Source: an uncultured Actinomycetes bacterium (lineage in GTDB: Bacteria > Actinomycetota > UBA4738 > JBBDTT01). Taken from it: a stretch of DNA of 64,000 nt. Numbering within the stretch: position 1 is the stretch's first letter; each line of letters opens with the position of its first letter. Made by a program: the position numbers and the translations under genes. The notes beneath the pieces were generated by a model. The model had not been told where the DNA came from, ran no database searches, and worked only from the letters and a program-made list of their open reading frames with translations. Shown here piece after piece: positions 42,456 to 51,702 of the stretch. The DNA is taken from the NCBI GenBank assembly GCA_963742735.1, contig CAVUMN010000004.1, forward strand, positions 1,216,001 through 1,280,000, in the 5' to 3' direction.

Positions 42456-44630
42456 ATGAACGAACCACCCCGCGAGGGCAGCACCGTCTCCCCGCCCGTT
42501 CGTCGCGCCGTGCTGTCTCCGCGGGGCGGTGAGCTGCGGCTCGAGGCCGGCGTTCGCCCGCTGCTCGGGGACGGCGAGGTCCTGATCGCGACGGCGTTCT
42601 CGGTGGTCAGCGCGGGGACCGAGCGGGCCAAGCTGGAGCTCGCGGGCAAGGGCCTGCTCGGCAAGGCACGTTCGCGGCCCGAGCTGGTGCGCGAGGTCCT
42701 GGACAAGGCCCGGCGCGAGGGGGTCGGCGCCACCCTTCGCGCGGTCCGCCGCCGGCTCGGCGAGGCGGTGCCGCTCGGGTACTCGAGCGCCGGCACGGTG
42801 ATCGCGGTGGGCGCGCGCGTGGACGACGTGGCCCCGGGCGACCGGGTGGCGGCGGGCGGCGGCGGCTATGCGCTGCACGCCGACATCGTGGCGGTGCCCA
42901 AGAACCTGACGGCGCGCGTCCCCGAGGGCGTGGAGCTCGACGCGGCCGCGTTCGCCACGCTCGGCGCCGTCGCCATGCACGGGTTCCGCCTCTCCGGGGC
43001 CGCCGTGGGCGAGACCGTCGCCGTCGTGGGGCTGGGCCTGGTGGGACTCCTCGCCGGATCCGTCGCCCGGGCGGCGGGGTGCACGGTGGTCGGCGTCGAC
43101 GTCCGCCCCGTGGCCCTCGAGCGGGCGCGGGCCGCAGGACTCCATGCCGCGGCGCTGCCCGATGACGCCGAGGCGGCCGTCACCGCGGCGAGCGCCGGCC
43201 GGGGCGCCGACACGATCCTGATCTGCGCGGCGTCGTCCGACAACGCTCCGGTGGTCCTGGCCGGGCGGCTGGCCCGGGACCGGGCCCGCGTGGTGGTGGT
43301 CGGCGACGTCCCCGTGGTGGCCCCCCGCGACACCTACTTCGCCAAGGAGCTCGAGCTCGTCGTCTCTCGCTCCTACGGCCCGGGCCGGTACGACCCGCGG
43401 TACGAGGAGGGCGGCCACGACTACCCGGCGGGCTACGTCCGGTGGACCGAGCGCCGGAACCTCGAAGCGTTCCTCGGCCTGGTGGCCGAGGGCCGGATCG
43501 ATCCGCTGTCGCTGGTGACCGACCGGTTCCCCTTCGAGCGGGCGCCCGAGGCCTACGCGGCCCTGGGCTCGACGGCGGGGGCCGTGGTGCTGCTCGAGTA
43601 CCCGGGGCTGGTGACGGCCCCGCCGGCCGTGGAGCGGAGCCGTCCCCCGACCACCGCCACCAGACGCTCGGGGCGTCCCCGCGTGGGCGTCATCGGCACG
43701 GGGAGCTTCGCCGAGCGGATCCTCATCCCCGCGATCGATGCCGCCGGCGCCGAGTTGGCTTCGGTGGCCTCCGTCCAGGGCCGCCCGTCGGCGGCCGGCG
43801 GGGCGTCGCTCGAGGCGTCGCTCGAGGCGTCGCCGGAGTCGCTCATTGCCTCCGGGCTCGACGCGGTGTTCGTGGCGACGCGGCACGACTCGCACGCCCG
43901 GCTGGCCGCGGCGGCGCTCCGCGCCGGGGTCCCGGTCTTCGTCGAGAAGCCGCTGGCGCTCAGTCACGACGAGCTTCAGGAGGTCGTCGACGCGTGGACC
44001 GCCGCCGGTGTCCCCGCGATGGTGGGATTCAATCGGCGCTACGCGACGGCCGCGGCCGAGGTTCGAGCCGGACTGGCCGGCCGATCCGGCCCGGCGGTCC
44101 TGTCGATCCGCGTGAACGCGGGCGCGCTGCCGGCCGATCACTGGACGCTGGACCTCGACGCGGGAGGGGGCCGGATCCTCGGGGAGGTCTGCCACTTCGT
44201 CGACCTCGCCGTGGACCTGCTGGGCGCGGACCCGGTCGAGGTGTCCGCGGCCGGCGTGCGCTCCGGCGCCGCGCCGCAGGCGGCCGAGGACCTCGTCGCC
44301 ACCCTGCGCTTCGCCGACGGCTCCATCGCCACCGTCGCGTACACGGCGCTCGGCGACCCCGGCCTCGGGAAGGAGCGGATCGAGGCCTTCGCCGGCGGTG
44401 AGGCCTGGGTCGTGGAGGACTGGCGATCGCTCACGCACGCGACCGGAGGACGCGCGTCGACGAAGCGCGCCGATGGGGACAAGGGCCACGCCGCCGAGGT
44501 CGCCGCGTTCCTCGGCGCGGTCCGCGAGGGTGGCGGCCTCGAGGACGCGTTCGGCCGGGCCGTCGCCAGCACCCGGGCCACCCTCGCCGTCGTCGAGTCG
44601 CTGGCCCTCGGCGCGCCCGTGGAGCTCTAG
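42456..44630 (+). CDS. Bi-domain oxidoreductase (MDR-like + Gfo/Idh/MocA), glycan-locus type
   Basis: SAGTE, PLGYSSAG, GLGLVG, SRSYGPGRYD, WTERRN, ATRHDSH, VEKPLA, GFNRR, GEVCHFVD. Confidence 0.9.
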   Translation: MNEPPREGSTVSPPVRRAVLSPRGGELRLEAGVRPLLGDGEVLIATAFSVVSAGTERAKLELAGKGLLGKARSRPELVREVLDKARREGVGATLRAVRRRLGEAVPLGYSSAGTVIAVGARVDDVAPGDRVAAGGGGYALHADIVAVPKNLTARVPEGVELDAAAFATLGAVAMHGFRLSGAAVGETVAVVGLGLVGLLAGSVARAAGCTVVGVDVRPVALERARAAGLHAAALPDDAEAAVTAASAGRGADTILICAASSDNAPVVLAGRLARDRARVVVVGDVPVVAPRDTYFAKELELVVSRSYGPGRYDPRYEEGGHDYPAGYVRWTERRNLEAFLGLVAEGRIDPLSLVTDRFPFERAPEAYAALGSTAGAVVLLEYPGLVTAPPAVERSRPPTTATRRSGRPRVGVIGTGSFAERILIPAIDAAGAELASVASVQGRPSAAGGASLEASLEASPESLIASGLDAVFVATRHDSHARLAAAALRAGVPVFVEKPLALSHDELQEVVDAWTAAGVPAMVGFNRRYATAAAEVRAGLAGRSGPAVLSIRVNAGALPADHWTLDLDAGGGRILGEVCHFVDLAVDLLGADPVEVSAAGVRSGAAPQAAEDLVATLRFADGSIATVAYTALGDPGLGKERIEAFAGGEAWVVEDWRSLTHATGGRASTKRADGDKGHAAEVAAFLGAVREGGGLEDAFGRAVASTRATLAVVESLALGAPVEL

Positions 44631-45563
44631 GTGCGCGCGCTCGTCACCGGCGGCGCCGGGTTCATCGGCTCCCACCTCGCCCTGGAGCTTCTCGGCCGCG
44701 GCCACGAGGTGGTCGCCGTCGACGCCGTGACCGCCTCCTACGACCCGTCCCTGAAGCGGGCCCGCGCCGGCGCGGTCGCCGAGGCCGGCGCGACCTTCCA
44801 CGAGGGAGACCTGCGGACCGCCGATCTCGCCCCGCTGTTGGCAGGGGTCGATGTGGTGTTCCACCTGGCCGGACAGCCGGGGGTCCGGGACTCGTGGGGC
44901 CCGGGGTTCACCGCCTACGTCGAGCACAACGTCGCGGCGACCCAGCGGCTCCTGGACGCGGCCGCCGGCGCCGGGCTGCGCCGGTTCGTGTTCGCGTCCT
45001 CGTCCTCGGTGTACGGCGAGGCGCTTCGCCAGCCGACTCCCGAGGACGCGACCCTGGCTCCGGTCTCGCCGTACGGCGTCACGAAGGCCGCCGCGGAGAT
45101 GCTGGTCGCCGCGTACGCGGGGAGCTTCGGTCTGCCGTCGGTGACCCTTCGCTACTTCACGGTGTACGGCCCGGGCCAGCGGCCGGACATGGCCTTCCAC
45201 CGGTTCATCCGGGCCATCCTGGACGGACGGCCGCTGGAGGTTTTCGGCGACGGTGAGCAATCCCGCGACGTCACCTTCGTGGCCGACGCGGTGGAGGCGA
45301 CGATCGCCGCGGCGGAGGCGGACGGCGTCGAGGGCCGCACGATCAACGTCGGCGGGGGCTCGGTGCTCACCCTCAACGAGTGCCTTCGAACGCTGTCCCG
45401 GGTCGCCGGGCGGGAGGTGGAGATCATCTACACCGAGCCGCAGCCCGGCGACGCCCGGCACACCTCGGCGGACCTGCGTCAGGCCAAGGAGCTCCTCGCC
45501 TACGCGCCCGGGGTCGCCCTGGAGGAGGGCCTCCGCGCGCAGTGGGAGTGGCTCGCCGGCTAG
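44631..45563 (+). CDS. NAD-dependent nucleotide-sugar epimerase (UDP-glucuronate 4-epimerase-like)
   Basis: TGGAGFIG, HLAGQPGVR, ASSSSVYG, YGVTK, LRYFTVYGPGQRPDMA. Confidence 0.9.
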   Translation: MRALVTGGAGFIGSHLALELLGRGHEVVAVDAVTASYDPSLKRARAGAVAEAGATFHEGDLRTADLAPLLAGVDVVFHLAGQPGVRDSWGPGFTAYVEHNVAATQRLLDAAAGAGLRRFVFASSSSVYGEALRQPTPEDATLAPVSPYGVTKAAAEMLVAAYAGSFGLPSVTLRYFTVYGPGQRPDMAFHRFIRAILDGRPLEVFGDGEQSRDVTFVADAVEATIAAAEADGVEGRTINVGGGSVLTLNECLRTLSRVAGREVEIIYTEPQPGDARHTSADLRQAKELLAYAPGVALEEGLRAQWEWLAG

Positions 45564-45580
45564 CGGCGGGGCGAGGCGCC

Positions 45581-46591
45581 GTGAAGCTCTGGGTGGACAT
45601 CGCCAACTCCCCCCACGCCACCCTGTTCCGGCCGCTGCTGGCCGAGCTCGCCGCCCGCGGCCACGAGGCCGTGGTCACCACCTGGGACCGGGCCCAGACG
45701 GAGCAGCTGGCCCGGGAGTTCTGGCCCGACGCCATCGCCGTGGGGGCGGGGGCCGAGGCCGGGATCGTGGCGAAGGGCCTCCGGATCCGCCGGCGGGCCC
45801 GGGCCCTGGCGGAGGCCGTGGGCCCGCACCGTCCGGACCTCGCCCTGGGCCACAACTCCTACGCGCAGCTCCTGGCGGCGCGCAGGCTGCGGCTGCGGGC
45901 GGTGACGATGATGGATTACGAGTACCAGCCGGCGAACCATCTGGCGTTCCGCCTGGCCGCCCGGGTGTTGCTCCCGGAGGCGTACCCGGAGGCCTCGGCC
46001 CGGCGTCAGGGCGCCGCCGGCAAGGTCCTGCGCTACCCGGGGTTCAAGGAGGAGGTCACGTTCGCGGACTTCGTCCCGGACCCGTCGTTCCGCGCCTCGG
46101 TGGGGGTGGGGGAGGATGACGTGCTGGTGGTCCTGCGGCCGCCGCCGGAGGGGGCGCTCTATCACCGGGGCGGCAACGCGCTGTTCGACCGGGCGGTCGA
46201 GCGGGTCGCCGCGTCCGGAGCGACCGGGTTGCTCTCCCCGAGGGACCGGGAGCAGGGCCGGCGCTTCGAGGCGTTCGGGGGGAACGTACGGGTCTTGGAG
46301 CGTGCGGTGGACGGTGCTAACCTGCTGTTCCACTCCGACCTCGTGGTCGGGGCGGGCGGGACCATGACCCGCGAGGCCTGCATCCTCAAGACGCCCAGCT
46401 ACACCTTGTTCGCGGGCCGGCTCGCCGCCGTGGACCGGGCCCTGATCGACGCTGGGAGGCTGATCAGGATCACGTCCCCCGATGACCTCGAGAGCATCCT
46501 CATCGCGCGCAAGCCCTCGCGGGCGTGGCGTCCGAGCCGCGACCGCGTGGAACAGGTCGCGACGCTGATCGAGCGGGCCGCCGCGGGATGA
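45581..46591 (+). CDS. DUF354 family protein (putative glycosyltransferase)
   Basis: WVDIANSPH, MDYE, YPGFKE, GAGGTMTREA. Confidence 0.8.
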   Translation: MKLWVDIANSPHATLFRPLLAELAARGHEAVVTTWDRAQTEQLAREFWPDAIAVGAGAEAGIVAKGLRIRRRARALAEAVGPHRPDLALGHNSYAQLLAARRLRLRAVTMMDYEYQPANHLAFRLAARVLLPEAYPEASARRQGAAGKVLRYPGFKEEVTFADFVPDPSFRASVGVGEDDVLVVLRPPPEGALYHRGGNALFDRAVERVAASGATGLLSPRDREQGRRFEAFGGNVRVLERAVDGANLLFHSDLVVGAGGTMTREACILKTPSYTLFAGRLAAVDRALIDAGRLIRITSPDDLESILIARKPSRAWRPSRDRVEQVATLIERAAAG

Positions 46592-48093
46592 GCGCCGTCA
46601 CGCGGATCGCGTCCCCCGCCGATCAGCGCCTTCGGCGGCGCACCCCCCATCGGGTGAAGCTCACCTCGTTCGTGCTCGTCGGGGCGGGGCTGGCGGGCCT
46701 GATCGGGGCCGTCTCCCTCGTCGCCGCGTACATGATCCGCGGGGGCGATCCCTTCTGCGCCGAGGGCTGGCACCTGTGCAGCCGGTCACGCCCCTACATG
46801 CAGCTCGTTCCGTTCGCGGGCCTCATCCGGGCCGGGCTGTTCGTCCGCCGGCGGCCGTGGCGGCAGCGGCGTCCCCGCGGCTACTTCGACGAGGTGGCCG
46901 AGGGCTTCGCCGACGCGGCCCTCGGCTCCGTCGTCCTGGTGCTCATCACCTTCTTCTTCCGGTCCGGCTTCCGGTTCAGTGGCTTCTCCTACTCCCGTCT
47001 GCTGTTCGTGTTCGACTGGGCGATCGCCACGGCCGTGCTGGTGCTGCTGGCCGTGGTCGTGAAGGCGAGCCTCGGCTGGCTGCGGCGGCGAGGGCACAAC
47101 GCGTGGAGCCTGGTGATCGTGGGCCACGGCTCCGGCGGGGAGTCGGTGGAGCGCCACATCCTGGAGCACCCCGAGATGGGCTACACGATCGCCGCGAAGC
47201 TCCGGGGGGAGGACGACCGGGACGAGCGGTCGCTGCGCGACCGGCTCACGGAGGTGGCCCGAAACCAGAGGGTGGACGAGGTCGTCCTGGCGGTCCCCCG
47301 CATCGATCGCACGGAGCTGTCCCAGATCGTCAGCGTGGCCGAGCTCGGCCACCTCCAGGTGAGCACCGTGCCGGAGCTGTTCGGCCTGCCACCCACCAAG
47401 ACCTCGCTCGAGGCCCGGGGCCACCTGCCGGTCCTCTCGCTCCTGCGCGAGCCGCTCCCCGGGGCCCGGCGGATCGTGAAGCGGGTGGTCGACGTGGTGG
47501 GCGGGGCGGCGGCCCTGGCGCTGCTCTCGCCGGTCCTGCTCGTCTGCGCGTTCCTGGTCCGCGTGACCTCCCGCGGACCGGTGCTCCTGCGCCAGGAGCG
47601 GGTGGGCATGGACGGACGCCCCTTCGGCATCCTCAAGTTCCGCTCCATGCGCGACGCGGCCGACACCGCTCCCCACGAGGCCTTCGTGGCGTCGCACATC
47701 CGGCCCGCGGAGTCTGGCGGGGAGACCGGAACGAGCGGGGCTCTCTTCAAGCTGGAGGGAGACCAGCGGGTCACCGCGGTCGGGCGGTTCCTGCGCCGCT
47801 TCTCCCTGGACGAGCTGCCGCAGCTCATCAACGTGATCCGCGGCGAGATGTCGCTGGTGGGCCCGCGTCCGGCCCTGCCGTTCGAGGTGGCGCTCTACGA
47901 GGAGTGGCATCGCCGACGCCTCGAGGTGCGCCCCGGCATGACCGGCCTGTGGCAGGTCGGCGGCCGGGCCAAGCTGTCGTTCGACGCGATGGTCCGGCTC
48001 GACATCCAGTACATCGAGGAGTGGAGCCTGCTGCGCGACTTCCTGGTCCTGATGCGCACCGTCCCCGCGGTGTTCCGCAAGGAGACCGGCTGA
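46588..48093 (+). CDS. Priming polyprenyl-phosphate sugar-1-phosphate transferase
   Basis: N-terminal TMs, KRVVDV, QERVG..GRPF..LKFRSM, SLDELPQLINV..MSLVGPRP, PGMTGLWQV. Confidence 0.93.
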   Translation: MSAVTRIASPADQRLRRRTPHRVKLTSFVLVGAGLAGLIGAVSLVAAYMIRGGDPFCAEGWHLCSRSRPYMQLVPFAGLIRAGLFVRRRPWRQRRPRGYFDEVAEGFADAALGSVVLVLITFFFRSGFRFSGFSYSRLLFVFDWAIATAVLVLLAVVVKASLGWLRRRGHNAWSLVIVGHGSGGESVERHILEHPEMGYTIAAKLRGEDDRDERSLRDRLTEVARNQRVDEVVLAVPRIDRTELSQIVSVAELGHLQVSTVPELFGLPPTKTSLEARGHLPVLSLLREPLPGARRIVKRVVDVVGGAAALALLSPVLLVCAFLVRVTSRGPVLLRQERVGMDGRPFGILKFRSMRDAADTAPHEAFVASHIRPAESGGETGTSGALFKLEGDQRVTAVGRFLRRFSLDELPQLINVIRGEMSLVGPRPALPFEVALYEEWHRRRLEVRPGMTGLWQVGGRAKLSFDAMVRLDIQYIEEWSLLRDFLVLMRTVPAVFRKETG

Positions 48094-49172
48094 GCTCCGA
48101 GCCGCCCCGCCCGTTCGCGTGCGTGGTCGGCGCGCGCCCGAACCTGGTCAAGGCCGCCCCCCTGATCCACGCGCTGTCCGAGGCGGGGCTCCCGAGCTGG
48201 GTGGTGCACACCGGGCAGCACTACGACCACGAGATGAGCCGGGTGTTCTTCGACGAGCTCGACCTTCCGGAGCCCGACGCGTTCCTCGGGGTGGGCTCGG
48301 GCAGCCACGGCGTGCAGACCGCGAACGCCCTGGTGCGCATCGAGGAATGGCTGGTGGCGAACCCCGTCCGGGTGGTGCTCGCCATCGGCGACGTGAACAG
48401 CACCCTGGCGGCGGCCCTGGCCGCCGTGAAGCTCCACGTGCCGGTCGCCCACGTGGAGGCCGGCTACCGGAGCCGGGACATGCGCATGCCCGAGGAGGTC
48501 AACCGCCTGGTCACGGACCACATCTCGGCCCTCCTGCTCGCGCCGACCGAGGACGCCCGGGACAACCTCCTCCGCGAGGGCCTGCCCGCCGAGCGGGTCG
48601 AACTGGTCGGCAACCTCATGGCCGAGACGTTCCTGCGCCACCGCGCCGCGGCCGAGGCGGCTCGGCCCTGGGAGGGCCGGGGGCTCGACCGGGGCCGCTA
48701 CCTCGTCGTCACCATCCACCGACCGGAGAACGCCGACGACCCGGTGCGCCTGGAGCGGATCTGCACCGAGCTCGCCGGCCTGGACGTGCCCGTTGTGTGG
48801 CCGGTCCACCCCCGCACGCGCGAGCGGCTGGAGGCCGTTCCGGCCTCGGCGCGGCTCGGCTTGACCGGGCCCCTGCCCTACCTGGAGACGATCGGGCTGC
48901 TGGCGGGGGCCGCCGCCGTGGTGACCGACTCGGGCGGGGTCCAGGAGGAGGCGTGCCTGGCGGGGGTTCCCTGCGTCACGGTGCGCACCAGCACGGAGCG
49001 GCTGGCCACCGTCGAGGCCGGCGCCAACCGCCTGTGCGAGCCCGGGTCCCTGGCCGCGACGATCGCCGCCGCGCGCGCCGCCTCGGCGGACTGGACGCCG
49101 CCGGCGATGTGGGATCTGAAGGTCGGCGCCCGGACCGCGGAGGTCCTGCGAGGCTTCCTGGAGAACGCCTAG
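48090..49172 (+). CDS. wecB: UDP-N-acetylglucosamine 2-epimerase, non-hydrolysing (CTG start proposed; GTG 48123 alternative)
   Basis: VVGARPN, HTGQHYD, GDVNST, HVEAG.RS, MPEEVNR, TDSGGVQEEA. Confidence 0.92.
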   Translation: MSSEPPRPFACVVGARPNLVKAAPLIHALSEAGLPSWVVHTGQHYDHEMSRVFFDELDLPEPDAFLGVGSGSHGVQTANALVRIEEWLVANPVRVVLAIGDVNSTLAAALAAVKLHVPVAHVEAGYRSRDMRMPEEVNRLVTDHISALLLAPTEDARDNLLREGLPAERVELVGNLMAETFLRHRAAAEAARPWEGRGLDRGRYLVVTIHRPENADDPVRLERICTELAGLDVPVVWPVHPRTRERLEAVPASARLGLTGPLPYLETIGLLAGAAAVVTDSGGVQEEACLAGVPCVTVRTSTERLATVEAGANRLCEPGSLAATIAAARAASADWTPPAMWDLKVGARTAEVLRGFLENA

Positions 49173-49894
49173 GTCGCTCGCGGGCGGGGCTGCTGGCGCC
49201 GCCGCATGCGCTCGAGCTCCTCCAGCCGCCTGCCGAGGAGCTTGACCTCCTCGCGAAGCACCGCCTGGCGGTCGCCCAGGCTGCGAACCTCGCGGGCGAC
49301 CAGCGCAAAGGCGCGCGCGGCCTCGAGGTTCGCCGAGTTGACGGTCTCGGCGATGCGTCCGACGGCCGCGTCGACCTCCTCGCGGAGCCCGGAGACCAGG
49401 GCCGGGACTGCGCCCATGCCGTTGCGGGTGGCGGCCAGCGCCTCGGTGGCGCGATCGCCGGACTGGCGGACCTCCTCCCGGAGCTCGCGGAGCGCGGCCG
49501 GGAGCGGGTCGATCACGCCGCTCCGCTCGCCGTCGCCGGCGCCGGAACGGGCCACCGACGCGGCCGTGTTCAGGGCGTCTGAGGCCAGATCGGCCGCCCG
49601 GCGGACCTCCGTGCGGAGCTCGCGAAGCGCCGCGGGAAGGGACTCGATGGCCCACAGCTGCGCGTCCGAGATGGTCTTGGGCGCGGACACGTCCTCACCG
49701 CCCCGGCGCCAGGCGCGCTCGGCCTCGGGGATCTCGCCCCCGAAGACCCGGCCCATGCCCTCGAGCCCGGGCGACCCCGGCGCGACGGGAGGCGGGTAGG
49801 CCTCGGGGAGGAGGAACGGCTCCTCCTCGCCGGGATACCTCTCCGGTTCCTCCGGATACAGGTCTCCCTCGTCGGAAGGGAAGGAGGTGCTCAT
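49169..49894 (-). CDS. Hypothetical protein: acidic/Pro-rich N-terminus and coiled-coil C-terminus with internal repeats
   Basis: LPAALRELRxEVR repeated twice plus a degenerate third copy; GAGGAG immediately before ATG. Confidence 0.65.
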   Translation of the reverse strand: MSTSFPSDEGDLYPEEPERYPGEEEPFLLPEAYPPPVAPGSPGLEGMGRVFGGEIPEAERAWRRGGEDVSAPKTISDAQLWAIESLPAALRELRTEVRRAADLASDALNTAASVARSGAGDGERSGVIDPLPAALRELREEVRQSGDRATEALAATRNGMGAVPALVSGLREEVDAAVGRIAETVNSANLEAARAFALVAREVRSLGDRQAVLREEVKLLGRRLEELERMRRRQQPRPRAT

Positions 49895-50001
49895 CTCCTC
49901 GGCACGGTCGCAGATGGGAGCATCGACGTCAACCTCCGGACAGAGCTATGCTAGGACTGCGTCCCATAGTCCCAATCTGTATTGGCGGCCGAGGAGCCAC
50001 A

Positions 50002-50673
50002 ATGAACCCACAGAGCCTCGAACAGGCGAATGCCTTGCTTGCGGCTGCCGCCACCAGCACGAGCGTAGGCGAGCCCATTGCGCGTCCGCTGGCCGATCTC
50101 GGCCGCGACGTGGGCCTGCCGAGCCCACTGGCGCTGGCACGCGCCGTGCGCGCCCTCGTCTCCCGCGGGCGCATCGCCGCCGAGGACGGTGCCTATCGCC
50201 TGGTCGACGACCGGCCGGTCGAGGCGGGCGAGCGCGTCACCGTCGCGCCCCGCCCGGGCCGCCGGACGCGCGGCAAGCGCCGTGGGGACGCCGACGGGCA
50301 CGGGGACGGCCTGCCGACCTACTCGGACCTGGGCAGGGCCCTCGTCGACCGGCTGATCGAGCTGGCGCGGGAGACGGCCGCCATCGCGGAGCTCACCGAC
50401 GTCCGCCGCGAGTTGCGGGAGGAGCGATCGGCCCGGGTGCGCGCCGAGGAGCGGGCGAACGACATGCACACGCGTGTGCGGGACCTCGAGGCCAAGCTGG
50501 ACATGGCCGAGGAGAACCTTCGGCGCGTGATCGGGGTGGTGCGCCAGCAGACCGGCTCCGCCAAGCCCGCCGACCCGGAGGCCCAGGCCCTGTTGGCGAT
50601 CCTGCGGGGCACGCCCGCGGGCGACAACGGTGACGCCGGCGACCCCGCGACCGAGGAGACCCAGACGGGCTAG
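50002..50673 (+). CDS. Hypothetical protein: putative winged-HTH, basic linker, coiled coil
   Basis: LADLGRDVGLPSPLALARAVRALVSRGRI HTH-like segment; heptads C-terminally; SD GAGGAG. Confidence 0.62.
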   Translation: MNPQSLEQANALLAAAATSTSVGEPIARPLADLGRDVGLPSPLALARAVRALVSRGRIAAEDGAYRLVDDRPVEAGERVTVAPRPGRRTRGKRRGDADGHGDGLPTYSDLGRALVDRLIELARETAAIAELTDVRRELREERSARVRAEERANDMHTRVRDLEAKLDMAEENLRRVIGVVRQQTGSAKPADPEAQALLAILRGTPAGDNGDAGDPATEETQTG

Positions 50674-50686
50674 CGACCCGGGCGGA

Positions 50687-51493
50687 TCAGCGCCGCCGGG
50701 GGAGGAGGTTCCGCGACCGCCGGCGGGCCCCCAGGAACACCATCAACGCCGTTCCCAGCAGCAGCGCCAGGGTGCCGGGCGTCAGCGGGCCCGGCACCGT
50801 GAGGCCGACCTGCTGACCGGACGAGTCAACCGTGATCTGGATCCGGGCCTCGATGGGCTCGCCGTCCTCGTCCGTGGCGTTGACCACGATCTCGGCCGGA
50901 CCATCGCTGGCGTCGACCGGGATGCTCACCGACTTCCCGATCCGGCCCCCCCCGTTCACCGTCGCGACCGCCAGGTGCTCGCTCGAGGATCCCTGCACGA
51001 ACGAGATGGTGGCCTCGGACTTGGGGAGGAGGCGGCGGCACTGGACGTTCACGCCGGACTGGCCCGGGGCGGGGGTGGCGTCGTTGACGTTGCAGACGGC
51101 TGAGCCCGGTGATGGCGGCTCGCCGCCGTCCTCGTCCACGGTGACCTCGACGCGGCAGATCGCTCGCCGGCCGGTCTGATCGGGTCCCCCGACGACGAGC
51201 CGGGCGGGGCCGGGCTGGGCATCGGACGGGATCGTGACGTTCGTCGAGAACGACCCCTGGGCGTTGGTCGGGAACGGCCCGTACACCTGGTCGTCGTTCC
51301 CCTGGCGGAAGCGGATGTGGACCTCCGAGCTGGAGTCCCAGTTCTGCCCCGAGACCTGGACGGTCTGACCGGGGGCCACGGTGGTGTCGTTGACCTGGCA
51401 CGTCGGGGGCTGTGGCGGATACTGGGCCCACGCCGGCGTCGCCAGGGCGAAGACGACGAGAACGACCGCGACCAGAGCACCTACTCTGCGCAT
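50687..51493 (-). CDS. Surface protein ('YPP protein 2'): signal peptide, two tandem Ig-like domains, C-terminal TM anchor and basic tail
   Basis: TPAWA cleavage, then QYPPQPPTCQVND..PGQ; second unit CNVNDATPAPGQ; TM LALLLGTALMVFLGA then RRRSR; SD GGAGG. Confidence 0.78.
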   Translation of the reverse strand: MRRVGALVAVVLVVFALATPAWAQYPPQPPTCQVNDTTVAPGQTVQVSGQNWDSSSEVHIRFRQGNDDQVYGPFPTNAQGSFSTNVTIPSDAQPGPARLVVGGPDQTGRRAICRVEVTVDEDGGEPPSPGSAVCNVNDATPAPGQSGVNVQCRRLLPKSEATISFVQGSSSEHLAVATVNGGGRIGKSVSIPVDASDGPAEIVVNATDEDGEPIEARIQITVDSSGQQVGLTVPGPLTPGTLALLLGTALMVFLGARRRSRNLLPRRR

Positions 51494-51545
51494 GACCCTT
51501 GCCTCCATGCCGGCCCGTCCGCGGGACCAGGGGGGCGGTCCGGCT

Positions 51546-51574
51546 ACGCTACGAGCCGCATCGCTCCCGGTCAA
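51546..51574 (-). promoter_or_regulatory. SigA-type promoter of YPP protein 2 gene
   Basis: Minus strand TTGACC (51574-51569), 17 nt, TAGCGT (51551-51546). Confidence 0.6.
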
Positions 51575-51640
51575 GCCGCTCCCACCGGTTTCGACACGGA
51601 CGCCGCCGCTCCCTTTGTGGGTATTTCCCCGCACGCGGGT

Positions 51641-51702
51641 CCGAACCGGCCGACTCGGTCAGAACAGGGGCCCGAACCGGGCAGCTCGGTCACGACAGGG
51701 GC
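51641..51702. repeat. 31-bp imperfect tandem repeat (2 copies) spanning the DUF4012 copy 2 stop codon
   Basis: CCGAACCGGCCGACTCGGTCAGAACAGGGGC vs CCGAACCGGGCAGCTCGGTCACGACAGGGGC (26/31). Confidence 0.75.

Noticed and set aside
43801-43832. 12-bp tandem duplication (ASLEASLEAS) in the bi-domain oxidoreductase
   Set aside because: In-frame two-copy slippage in a variable segment; no sign of phase variation
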